Origin: a virus
Taxonomy: Duplodnaviria > Caudoviricetes
Direction: 5' to 3' (one strand)
Length of the DNA: 43,465 nt
IMG/VR virus record: IMGVR_UViG_3300021516_000010
Span: 1 to 43,465 of that record
Shown in pieces: positions 18,226-26,733 of the stretch. The notes beneath the pieces were generated by a model that did not search any database, was not told the DNA's origin, and saw only the letters and a program-made list of their open reading frames with translations. The position numbers and the translations under genes are program-made. How positions within the stretch are numbered: the first letter of the stretch is position 1; every line of letters begins with the position of its first letter.

Positions 18226-18723
18226 CTAACCTATGTAATAACCTAGCCATTCGGGACGCGACTGAGCTTTAGCGTATGACAAGCCCAACCCTGCGATTTT
18301 TTCGACTGCGTAAAAGGCGCGATACGCGTCAACAGTATCCTCACGCTTATACGCGTCTGGCATGCATTGCGGCGGCAAAGTGAACGCCGCGACTGGGAGG
18401 TCGGGTCGATGTAGGTCTAACCATTCAACGACTGAGCGTGTCTTGTGGCGACGTCCGTAACGCTTTTCATACTCGTCAAGAATACTAAACGCGTGTTTGA
18501 CTAACCAATCATAGTTATTCGTAGACGCTCGCGCCCAAATAGTCGATGGATGGTTTGTGTGAGTTCGCTTATACGGCGCAGACCCGCCGTTCGACCAATG
18601 AGCTGTCGACAACATCTGAGCCGATTCGATTCCCATCTTTACTACGTGCTTGTCGCACAAGTAACTAGCGGCGACATTTGGATGTGGATCTAAAAAGAAG
18701 ATGTTCATGGTGTTAGCCGGCAA
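18226..18723 (-). CDS. Pyrimidine-dimer DNA glycosylase (DenV/Pyr_excise)-like protein
   Basis: MNIFFLD..P...A..LCDKHVVKM..ESAQMLST...YK.TH.NHP...W...NY.WL...PQCMPD.Y; probable start at MNIF. Confidence 0.8.
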   Translation of the reverse strand: MPANTMNIFFLDPHPNVAASYLCDKHVVKMGIESAQMLSTAHWSNGGSAPYKRTHTNHPSTIWARASTNNYDWLVKHAFSILDEYEKRYGRRHKTRSVVEWLDLHRPDLPVAAFTLPPQCMPDAYKREDTVDAYRAFYAVEKIAGLGLSYAKAQSRPEWLGYYIG

Positions 18724-18946
18724 TAGCCATTAGAAACTCACGGTTGCGAGACCGTATGGTCTTATGGATGACTTGATGTGAAAGCTTCAAGTCAGAAGCA
18801 AGACGGTCGACCGCGACTTGCATCGCAGACGTTAGCACTGGGTTCTTCCCCAACAAGTGAAACGAGCGAGTGAGTACATTTGACACGTCGGCGACGTTGG
18901 TTGACGTCAGTAAGACCGAAAGAGCTTGAGCGAATGAGTTTTTCAT
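18713..18946 (-). CDS. Hypothetical protein
   Basis: 77 aa, ACTCATATG start. Confidence 0.6.
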   Translation of the reverse strand: MKNSFAQALSVLLTSTNVADVSNVLTRSFHLLGKNPVLTSAMQVAVDRLASDLKLSHQVIHKTIRSRNREFLMAIAG

Positions 18947-18962
18947 ATGAGTATGTTGAGAG

Positions 18963-19163
18963 TTACGCCGCGCAATCGCCGTCGCAAGTTTCCTCTAGAC
19001 TTGGAAGTTCGGGAAGTTGGATAGTCGTCAATATGCGAAGCCCATAGTAATGATTGACTTGCGTGATTTTTGAAAGTCCGCATTCTGAACACTTACCGAC
19101 GTGTAAAACGTCGACTCCGTTGAATTCTTTGCGGTAGTGCGTAGGCTGTAATGAATTTTTCAT
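18963..19163 (-). CDS. Small Cys-containing hypothetical protein
   Basis: 66 aa with CSEC...C...C; ACTCATATG start. Confidence 0.6.
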   Translation of the reverse strand: MKNSLQPTHYRKEFNGVDVLHVGKCSECGLSKITQVNHYYGLRILTTIQLPELPSLEETCDGDCAA

Positions 19164-19174
19164 ATGAGTGTTGT

Positions 19175-19199
19175 GCGCGTTGGAGAGTCGCGCCCCTCT
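19175..19199 (-). ncRNA. Compact H-type pseudoknot element, copy 3
   Basis: AGAG-GG-GCGCG-A-CUCU-CCAA-CGCGC; stem sequences differ from copies 1 and 2 but pairing is retained. Confidence 0.6.
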
Positions 19200-19221
19200 G
19201 GGTTAGGTATTTCAACGTCAG

Positions 19222-19968
19222 TTACTTCAACAAGCCGGTGACACCGTTTCCAACTTTATCGTGGAGGCTCAGTGAAGCGCCATCCAATTTGCCTTGAGCG
19301 AAAGCGTTGTGGTCGAATGCTTTCTTAGACGCCTGTGTGACAGTAACTCGGAACGTCTTGTCGACGTATTGATCTACTACTTTTTTGACGTCCACGAGAA
19401 CCAAAGCATATCGCGAAGTGGAGTCGGCGTTAGCCGCGGCCATCGCTGCAGATTTCGCTTCACGGTTTCTTTCGACGAAACCTTGACGAAGGCCGCGATC
19501 GTATCCACGTTGAAGATCAGCATTCCACTTTTGGCCGGTGCGCTTGAGGTAACGCTTCATGCCAGAGAAGAACGCTTCACGGAGTTTGCCGTAGAACAAC
19601 ATAGCACAGGCGACTTGGTCAGCTTGGCCAATGTAGATCACCTTGAAGAATTTCTCAGGGCGACCGTTAGCATTCTGAGAGTAATAGTGAGACTTCAACA
19701 TGCGGATGGGCAGCATTTCCATGATGATCACCATGATAGCATTGTCACTGTAATGTTCGCGGCGGCCAAATTCAGAAGCATCATGCATGATGTCGTCCAT
19801 TGACGTTTTGCGGTCCATCACTTCAACTGCGTCAATGCCGTGCTCCGTCATAAGACGTTGGGCGGCGGCCATAGCCGTCTGCATTTCAGCGTCTGTAGCG
19901 CCACCAGCGGGATCCGCCATGGCCATGAGCTTTTTCAGTTTTTCGATGAGTTTGGATTTGTCGTTCAT
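19222..19968 (-). CDS. DUF2786-like protein
   Basis: N-terminal IEKLKKLMAMA...AT.AE...A...AQRLM..HGI; C-terminal AF.QG..DG. Confidence 0.75.
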   Translation of the reverse strand: MNDKSKLIEKLKKLMAMADPAGGATDAEMQTAMAAAQRLMTEHGIDAVEVMDRKTSMDDIMHDASEFGRREHYSDNAIMVIIMEMLPIRMLKSHYYSQNANGRPEKFFKVIYIGQADQVACAMLFYGKLREAFFSGMKRYLKRTGQKWNADLQRGYDRGLRQGFVERNREAKSAAMAAANADSTSRYALVLVDVKKVVDQYVDKTFRVTVTQASKKAFDHNAFAQGKLDGASLSLHDKVGNGVTGLLK

Positions 19969-19990
19969 ATTTTCGTTTTGTTAGTGGTGA

Positions 19991-20077
19991 GTGGCAGCGG
20001 CCACATACGGATACTAACAAACCGCGCAGGATCGTAAAATACTTTATGCATATTTACGCATTTAAGCAACGTACGGG
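19991..20077 (-). promoter_or_regulatory. Repeated early promoter 3 plus +1 hairpin
   Basis: TTTACG-N16-TAGTAT; hairpin GTGGC-CGCT-GCCAC; leader nearly identical to that of promoter 1. Confidence 0.7.
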
Positions 20078-20183
20078 ATTTCCCCCACACGTTGCTTAAA
20101 CTGCTCGTACGTCGACTGGCTCTCGCTAGATAATAGCCAACACACTAGATAATAACGGCGCTTCGCTGGTCAAAGCCTTTCGC

Positions 20184-20906
20184 CTATTGGAGTATGTTCA
20201 TCATTAGCTTTCGCCGGTTAAGCATTTCATTGCGGTCGGCAGCAGACTGCTTAGCGCGCCGATGAACGAGAGCGTCTAACGTGTCTAACGCGTCGGCCGC
20301 CGAAACAGGATGCTCAAAAATATCGTGGTGAACGACTTCGTATTGATGAGGAAACGTCGTACGCATCGAGCATAATCCACCGTGCTGCGACAGCCGATGA
20401 CCCAAACCTTTCGCGAAAAAGTTAACATCGTCAAAGTCGCGAGCATGGAATCCTACGACACGACGGTACAATTCAGCTGCGTGCTTGAGGCGGTCGTCGG
20501 ATTCATATAGTTGAGACACCCCTTGGCCGATCGTTCGATGGTAAGATTCAACAGCGTTAGCGACAGACGGGCAACACATGACGTACACCGTTGGGACTGT
20601 CATAAACATTTCAAACCACAACCGCGAGTAAATCGTCGATCGTGTTTGATTTGGACGATACACTGCAGAGTATACTTCCTCTGAAATCCAATGACGATCG
20701 ATGATGGTCAGGCCGCGGTGGTCAATGGCTTTCGACGTAGCTAAAAATTGAAACGGCGCTAAGTTGCGGCGCTCGCGTAGGTGCATTCGATGAACGTTTG
20801 AATAGCGCCAGTTTTTGCGACTCGTTGCTTCAGACTCGATTTGCGAAGCTAGTGTAGTTTTACCAGACGCGTCTGGCCCTTCTAAAATGATGATACCGCG
20901 GTGCAT
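20184..20906 (-). CDS. Deoxynucleoside monophosphate (thymidylate-kinase-like) kinase
   Basis: IILEGPDASGKTT P-loop and IIDRHWISEEVY. Confidence 0.8.
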   Translation of the reverse strand: MHRGIIILEGPDASGKTTLASQIESEATSRKNWRYSNVHRMHLRERRNLAPFQFLATSKAIDHRGLTIIDRHWISEEVYSAVYRPNQTRSTIYSRLWFEMFMTVPTVYVMCCPSVANAVESYHRTIGQGVSQLYESDDRLKHAAELYRRVVGFHARDFDDVNFFAKGLGHRLSQHGGLCSMRTTFPHQYEVVHHDIFEHPVSAADALDTLDALVHRRAKQSAADRNEMLNRRKLMMNILQ

Positions 20907-20933
20907 AGGAAGAATGGTGTGGATGACTAAATG

Positions 20934-20968
20934 AACGAGGGCCAGCGTTGTTGCCGGCCCTCGTTTTT
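20934..20968. terminator. GC-rich stem-loop, probable terminator
   Basis: AACGAGGGCC...GGCCCTCGTT arms; T-run on the + side, only a weak U-tail on the - side; follows the histone-like gene. Confidence 0.55.
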
Positions 20969-20993
20969 CGGTTATTGAACGACGCCGAAACGA

Positions 20994-21332
20994 TTACTTG
21001 TTCGGGTCGAATTGAGCGAAGAAGTCGTTGAGAGACTTCTGCACCACTTCGCTGTCTGCGCCGGAAGCTTCCACCACGCCGTCGAAGGTAGACGCACCGG
21101 ATTCTTCAATCGCGGTTTGAACTTCCTTGCGAGCTTTGCGGTAGGCACTGGTGGTCGAGCCGTTCTCTTCATCCGAAGTCACGCGGCTGTCGGCCACGGC
21201 GAAGCCGAGGGCTTTCGCGTAACGAGTCAGGATGTAGTTTTTCTTTTCGTTCGACTTTGCGGCGGGTTTCGCTGCGGCTTTCTTCGCGGCGGGTTTCGCT
21301 GCGGCTTTCTTGGTTGCGGATTTCTTAGCCAT
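20994..21332 (-). CDS. Histone H1-like Lys/Ala-rich DNA-binding protein (internal in-frame start)
   Basis: MAKKSATKKAAAKPAAKKAAAKPAAK, preceded by a CA-rich leader ending CATATG. Confidence 0.7.
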   Translation of the reverse strand: MAKKSATKKAAAKPAAKKAAAKPAAKSNEKKNYILTRYAKALGFAVADSRVTSDEENGSTTSAYRKARKEVQTAIEESGASTFDGVVEASGADSEVVQKSLNDFFAQFDPNK

Positions 21333-21884
21333 ATGGTTATGTAGTTGCGGTGTTTGTGTTGTTTGGTTTGTTGCGCCGGATTGTTTCCGGTTTACGAGAT
21401 TACTTATATAAAACTCACGAGATTCGTAAACACGTTTACGCAAAAGTTTCTCTCGACTCGCAAAACCCCAAGACGCAATCAAAACCGCATCGGCTACTTG
21501 ATTGATTATGCGAAATTGAGGATGCATTTTGCGAGCATACTCGACTAACAACTTTTTGTCGCCGCCAGATAGACACCCCAAATCACGTTGCCATTGCGCC
21601 GACATCACAAACTTTACTTTAGACGGATCTACCGACAGCGCGGCACATACGGGTCCGTAGAACCAACAACCCATCGTGAAGCCTCTACTAGCGAATGCCA
21701 TTTTGGCACCAGGGAACCAACCAGTCACGCGCTCAACGACAACTAAGTCGTGACTCTTCGTCAGTTCGTTAATCAACACGGTCATCCGCGCTGGACATTT
21801 GGGCATCTTATACGTCGTCAGTACCTCACCGTCGTACGAAGCAAACGCGCCATTTTTGCCAGGGTCTACTCCAAGAATTTTCAT
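20994..21884 (-). CDS. RuvC-like Holliday junction resolvase, reading through into the histone-like domain
   Basis: ILGVDPGKNGA, VVVE, QWQ, ADAVLIA motifs in the first ~145 aa. Confidence 0.8.
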   Translation of the reverse strand: MKILGVDPGKNGAFASYDGEVLTTYKMPKCPARMTVLINELTKSHDLVVVERVTGWFPGAKMAFASRGFTMGCWFYGPVCAALSVDPSKVKFVMSAQWQRDLGCLSGGDKKLLVEYARKMHPQFRIINQVADAVLIASWGFASREKLLRKRVYESREFYISNLVNRKQSGATNQTTQTPQLHNHMAKKSATKKAAAKPAAKKAAAKPAAKSNEKKNYILTRYAKALGFAVADSRVTSDEENGSTTSAYRKARKEVQTAIEESGASTFDGVVEASGADSEVVQKSLNDFFAQFDPNK

Positions 21885-22078
21885 CTATGCAATTTCACTC
21901 CTATTGAGTTCAAGCTTTGTCTGCGTTCTTCGCAAGATGCGCAGTCAGCCAGCTTGGTGCCCAACACTCGGTCAGACACGCGCACGACTGGTTCCAATAA
22001 CGTTTTCACCACGTCTCCGTACAACCGCTGTTGAGCTTTCAATTTGGCTTGCTTCAATATGTCAGGTAGTTCAATCAT
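21881..22078 (-). CDS. Small CxxC tail-associated protein
   Basis: GD.V...CASCEERRQSLN; last gene of the tail operon. Confidence 0.65.
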   Translation of the reverse strand: MIELPDILKQAKLKAQQRLYGDVVKTLLEPVVRVSDRVLGTKLADCASCEERRQSLNSIGVKLHR

Positions 22079-23502
22079 AACAACCTAGTTATTTCAATGT
22101 CGTAGATGTCTAAGCTAATTGTTCTATTGACTGGTGTGGTGTATCCGATATAGTCCCCTTCGGCGATAGCGCAAGTTGCAGATTCTCCTCCAATTAAACA
22201 GTCGAACGATTCCCCACCAGTGCTAGCTGGCCTAGAAAGAGTCAAGCGTAGACGAACTTGCGCGTGACCACCATCAACAAAAGATGGCAAGTTGCTATAA
22301 TCAGTTCCTTCATACGGGTATGGAGCACCGAGCTCCGGATAGAGCTTATACGATCCATCATAAGCCACCGTCGTCTTTTTGGTTTTAGCAAACTCAAGAG
22401 CACCGACTGTGTTTGACGCCTGCGCTAAATTATCTTCTATGCTTGAGATAGTTGAATAAAGACTCGCGAGTGTAGTCCCTTTCGCAAACACTAAGCCAAC
22501 TAAGTCTGCAAAATCTGGGTCAGACATTGCGGGAGTTCCAGCCGCTCGTTCTTCTTGTTCTGCTTGGTAGGCTGCGTGGTCTAAGGCCCAAGCGTCTAAG
22601 TAATCCGTCAATGCAGTTTCTGCGTCAGTTAAGTCTGATTCGATCGATGTTTGAGAAGCTGCAGCAGTGTCGATCAAGTCGTCTAACGCCGAAATTTCAT
22701 TGTTGTAATCGGTCGAGGTATTCCCGACTACACCGAGGCAGTCAGTCGAGTGGTCATACCGATTCAAAATCATTTCAATATCGCATCCCCAAGGAATGTC
22801 TGATATGCTAATGGATCCGAGGGCTTCAGCCAGCGTGTAGGTTGGATTGGCTGCGTCAGATAGTTCATCACTCTTGTCGAAAGTATTTGAACCGTGACTC
22901 CAAGTTTCAGTCACTAGAGTGGCCGTCACTGTTGTGGTTGGGTATCCCCACGTGGGACCAGCGTCGCAGTCGTATTCAGAACTACAAAACGAAGTAGTTG
23001 GCCAATATGCAAATTGTCCCGATATGGTTCCTCCTCCCGACCAAGGGGCGCTGCTCGATACGACGAAACCGGAAGCGGTCCACGAACCGGACATACACCC
23101 ATCGTCGTCTATCGAAAAAGATTCGCTGTAAGTAACGTCTCGAATCACTGGACTGGACCCCAACGTCATATGACTAGCGTCTAACCATGATCGAGACACA
23201 GTTCCAGTCGTGCAAACCACGTTGCCTTTGTCGTCATATTGCGTAGATACCTCTTCGCTAGCGTCCCAATGACCTGCACCGTTGAACGGCCCCACACTGG
23301 TGTTGGCGTAGGTCGTAGTCGCAACTCGCGTTTTGTATTTGTTGTCATTCAGAAAGTCGAAGGCCGAGTATCCTATTTGATACAACCTAGCGCTGATTGA
23401 TCTATATTCCAAACCGTAAGTCGGCATGGGGCATTCACAACTGCAAATGTCAGCGGGCGCCATCCACTCGTGAGTTCCCAAATTTGGAGGCCAGTTGCTC
23501 AT
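22075..23502 (-). CDS. Putative tail tip/structural protein
   Basis: 475 aa, acidic S/T-rich, N-terminal CSCEC, central coiled coil; downstream of the tape measure. Confidence 0.6.
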   Translation of the reverse strand: MSNWPPNLGTHEWMAPADICSCECPMPTYGLEYRSISARLYQIGYSAFDFLNDNKYKTRVATTTYANTSVGPFNGAGHWDASEEVSTQYDDKGNVVCTTGTVSRSWLDASHMTLGSSPVIRDVTYSESFSIDDDGCMSGSWTASGFVVSSSAPWSGGGTISGQFAYWPTTSFCSSEYDCDAGPTWGYPTTTVTATLVTETWSHGSNTFDKSDELSDAANPTYTLAEALGSISISDIPWGCDIEMILNRYDHSTDCLGVVGNTSTDYNNEISALDDLIDTAAASQTSIESDLTDAETALTDYLDAWALDHAAYQAEQEERAAGTPAMSDPDFADLVGLVFAKGTTLASLYSTISSIEDNLAQASNTVGALEFAKTKKTTVAYDGSYKLYPELGAPYPYEGTDYSNLPSFVDGGHAQVRLRLTLSRPASTGGESFDCLIGGESATCAIAEGDYIGYTTPVNRTISLDIYDIEITRLL

Positions 23503-23507
23503 ATCGG

Positions 23508-24083
23508 TTATTCAGTCCACACCAGCTGATACTTATTCAGAGCACAGCTGACGGCAACGGTCGACCTAGACAAAGCGATGTTAGTTTTAACTACTTGATC
23601 GATGTCTGAAATTTCCCCACTAACTGAAGTCACTTTGCACAACGGATAATAGGCTATGGTTGGAGCTGCATCGGCGGCAAACCATCCAGTCGGCGGAGTA
23701 GGTGGAGTGTTGTTTGATTGTAAAATCAAAGCCGTGATTGTTCCTTCTGAATTGAGTGTGGCTTTAATCCACACCCACTTGCCCGCCGTCGTAGCCGTGA
23801 ATGAAGCCGTCATATTGGACGGCACCATTGCATTGACAGTGCCTGATTTCAAAGTGAAGCTGGTGCCGCTCCCTCGAACGACTTTCCATGGATGACCAAC
23901 TGACGCTCCACTCCCACTCTTTTGCCCCGGCGTGAAAAGCACTTTACCTTTCGGAGTGCTGACCACTTCCACTTCGTGAGAAGACACTGGAGCATTTGCT
24001 TCAACGTGATCACCTAATTTAGCAATAGCTTCGCGCAACCAAATCGGACCGCGCGCCAATTTAGGCTTGTCAGTCGCTGGCAT
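23508..24083 (-). CDS. Putative tail protein
   Basis: 191 aa, HPWKV...GTVN..VP; tail operon position. Confidence 0.55.
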   Translation of the reverse strand: MPATDKPKLARGPIWLREAIAKLGDHVEANAPVSSHEVEVVSTPKGKVLFTPGQKSGSGASVGHPWKVVRGSGTSFTLKSGTVNAMVPSNMTASFTATTAGKWVWIKATLNSEGTITALILQSNNTPPTPPTGWFAADAAPTIAYYPLCKVTSVSGEISDIDQVVKTNIALSRSTVAVSCALNKYQLVWTE

Positions 24084-24739
24084 TATGATCCGCCCTCCAG
24101 CACGATAGCAACCACATCTTCATTGATCCAAATAGGAACTTCTACCGCTGCAAATGGAGTGCTCTTGTGTGAAACGACTTTGTGCACTTCTTCCAAAGTT
24201 GTAGCCGTTACCACTCCCACAGGAGCGTTGCCATACCACGTCTTGTCATCGCCTTCTACGTCTTTCGCAGTCACGACTGACTTGAGAACGGTGGTGGTCA
24301 CTCCGAATGTTGGGACGGTAGTATTGACTGCTGCATCTTGCTGGCTATTCGTGAAATAACTGAACGCACAAGTAGGCGCGCGATAGGTCACGTCTCGACG
24401 AATGTCTGTGTATCCACCAGACGCCGAGTCGACCCCAATTTGAGCGGTTTGAATTGACCAGTCAAGATCGCGTTTTGTCACTGAAGCTTCAACGAAGCCC
24501 AAATACGAAAGCGTAACTGTCGGATAGATCACGTTGTCGTCGACAGACCAGTCGTTCAAATGATAGTTGGTATACGGCGCGTCAGGGTATGCGTCGCCTT
24601 TTGACAACGTCGCTAGATAATCATCGAGCTCAGTCGCTGCACCTTTCCAGCGCACGGTCAAAGTAGTAGGTCCCCAATCCGGCGTGTTGAGTGCTGGATT
24701 TGAAACTTGAACGAATTCGGTTTGTCCTACATATGTCAT
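24083..24739 (-). CDS. Putative distal tail/hub protein
   Basis: Beta-rich 218-aa ORF directly after the tape measure. Confidence 0.55.
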   Translation of the reverse strand: MTYVGQTEFVQVSNPALNTPDWGPTTLTVRWKGAATELDDYLATLSKGDAYPDAPYTNYHLNDWSVDDNVIYPTVTLSYLGFVEASVTKRDLDWSIQTAQIGVDSASGGYTDIRRDVTYRAPTCAFSYFTNSQQDAAVNTTVPTFGVTTTVLKSVVTAKDVEGDDKTWYGNAPVGVVTATTLEEVHKVVSHKSTPFAAVEVPIWINEDVVAIVLEGGS

Positions 24740-26733
24740 TGCCAGGCTTCCTCCATAGTGTTGTTGATTTTTTCGAGCAACTCGTTTGTGCGATCGGCTG
24801 GGTCTTTAGACTTGGTTTTTCCGCGAGAGCGAATACCAGAAATCGTATCGGCTTTTCGCTGTTCGTAAGCTTCTTTAGTTTCGCCTCGCTTGCGAGCAAA
24901 TCCGATCCCTCGCTTCACTCCTCGCGACCAAATTGAGTTGGCTCCAATGAACCCACCTCGCGTCGGGTCGTCGTCGTCGCTACCGCCTTTCTTAGGTGTG
25001 TCTTTTCTGGGTGTGAGAATCTTTTCGCCGGCTTTGACGATCTTATCAAACGCTTCTTTGATTTTTGCTTTAGCTCGAGCAATTTCAGGGTCGGCCCATT
25101 TTCCAGCGTCCATAGACTCCCACACTTTAATCGCGGCGTCGCGGAAACTTTTCAACCGATCTTTAGTAGCCGTCGCTGCGCTGGCTAACGCCCCTTTCAC
25201 CGCTTCAAATATGGGCGAAACTTTGTCGGAAATCGCTTGACCCAACTCTGTGAGAGTCTCTTTAGCTTTCACAAATGGCTCGTCTCCGAATGCGCTTAAC
25301 CTTTTCATAGTCGTTTCTACTCCACCGAGCCCGGACGAAATGCGGCCACGCGCTTCTGCATACTTTTCGCTAATTGGTCGGTCATCGACTTCTTTCGCTA
25401 AATGACCAAGCCCTGGAATTTTGCTCAAACCAAGAACGACTTTTGTAATAGCCGTGTGGATAAGCGCGACAAACATCGCGGCCGCTGATTTCATTCCTTC
25501 GTAAATCGACACAACAAACTTTGCAGCGATGCCAAGCCACATATCTTTAAGCGTAACGGCGATCGCAAACAGCGCTTTCCCAAACCACGTGCCTACTTTC
25601 ACAAAGACATCCCATACAGACTGTAGCACAGACATAATTGACGAAGAGAAGTCAGACGAAAAGTACGCAGACAGTTGATCAATAATGCCTAACACGAGAT
25701 CGGCCACATATTTGAAAGCTTCTCCCACGTACCGACCGGCATCTGCTAGAAGCTTGCCAATCACTTGGCCCGCTTCGAGCAAGATCAAATACAGCGAGTA
25801 CCCAGCCAATTCGAGAACGGGCTTCATTTCATATAGAGCGCCGGTCACGCCTTTAATAATTGACGCGATTGAGACTCCGCCATCTGCAATAGCTTTATAC
25901 ATAGCCGTGCCAGCGCTTTTCAACAGCGAAAGCCATCCAACAAAAAACGTAGCAGTCTTCGCTAGCACTTGACCAAACGCTAACCCAGCGTCAACGAAAT
26001 CGATGGCCGATAGTTTGTCAGCGATAGCGTTCCACAACGGAGCTAATTTAACTGCGATGCCTACGAAGAATCCGCGACCGACTTTGAGTAAGTGGTTGAA
26101 CGAATCAGACGCCGCGCCTAGCGCTTCAGCATTCGCCGCCATCACTTGCGCTTGCTTGTCGGTCTTAGTTCCAAGCGCAGCGAACGCTGGGTCAGAAAAC
26201 ACGGGAATCAATTCTTTGCCCATGCGGCCGAACAGCGCAGTCGACGCCGCGATGCGGTCCATAGGATTCTGAATCGCTCCAATTTTCTTGCCGATCTCAT
26301 GGAACATTTTCTCAGGGCTCAACCGCTTCAATTGGTTGATGTTCAGCCCGAGCTTACCGAACATTTCGACGCCTTTCTTCGAAGAGAACGCTCGATTCAA
26401 TGACATTGTGGCCATGCCGAGCATCGACACTGAAGCTCCATTATCGTCAAACACTTGCCGCATTTCAAGGAGCGCTTGAACTGCCACTCCAGTTTTTCGA
26501 CTGAGCTCGTCCATGCCATCGACTAAATCAAAAATGCCCTTCACTGAAGCGGTTGAAAACACCAACCCCATCGCGACGGCTAACGGAGCTACGAACTTAG
26601 CGAGTGTAGCGAATTGCGCTTTGATCTCCATAGACATTTTACGAACAACCGCGATAGCTTGACGAGAAGCTTGTTTAAGCGGCGTCAAGTCTAAACCGAA
26701 CTTAGCGACGATAGCATTTTTTGTAGAAGTCAT
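24736..26733 (-). CDS. Tail tape measure protein
   Basis: 665 aa, Ala/Gly-rich and helical; LS.KTG, ALFGR.GKELIP motifs; follows the chaperone. Confidence 0.85.
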   Translation of the reverse strand: MTSTKNAIVAKFGLDLTPLKQASRQAIAVVRKMSMEIKAQFATLAKFVAPLAVAMGLVFSTASVKGIFDLVDGMDELSRKTGVAVQALLEMRQVFDDNGASVSMLGMATMSLNRAFSSKKGVEMFGKLGLNINQLKRLSPEKMFHEIGKKIGAIQNPMDRIAASTALFGRMGKELIPVFSDPAFAALGTKTDKQAQVMAANAEALGAASDSFNHLLKVGRGFFVGIAVKLAPLWNAIADKLSAIDFVDAGLAFGQVLAKTATFFVGWLSLLKSAGTAMYKAIADGGVSIASIIKGVTGALYEMKPVLELAGYSLYLILLEAGQVIGKLLADAGRYVGEAFKYVADLVLGIIDQLSAYFSSDFSSSIMSVLQSVWDVFVKVGTWFGKALFAIAVTLKDMWLGIAAKFVVSIYEGMKSAAAMFVALIHTAITKVVLGLSKIPGLGHLAKEVDDRPISEKYAEARGRISSGLGGVETTMKRLSAFGDEPFVKAKETLTELGQAISDKVSPIFEAVKGALASAATATKDRLKSFRDAAIKVWESMDAGKWADPEIARAKAKIKEAFDKIVKAGEKILTPRKDTPKKGGSDDDDPTRGGFIGANSIWSRGVKRGIGFARKRGETKEAYEQRKADTISGIRSRGKTKSKDPADRTNELLEKINNTMEEAWQ

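Noticed and set aside
16059-19199. Pseudoknot elements as preQ1 riboswitch or self-cleaving ribozyme
   Set aside because: They lack the preQ1-I loop consensus and A-rich tail and the catalytic cores of hammerhead, HDV or twister ribozymes.
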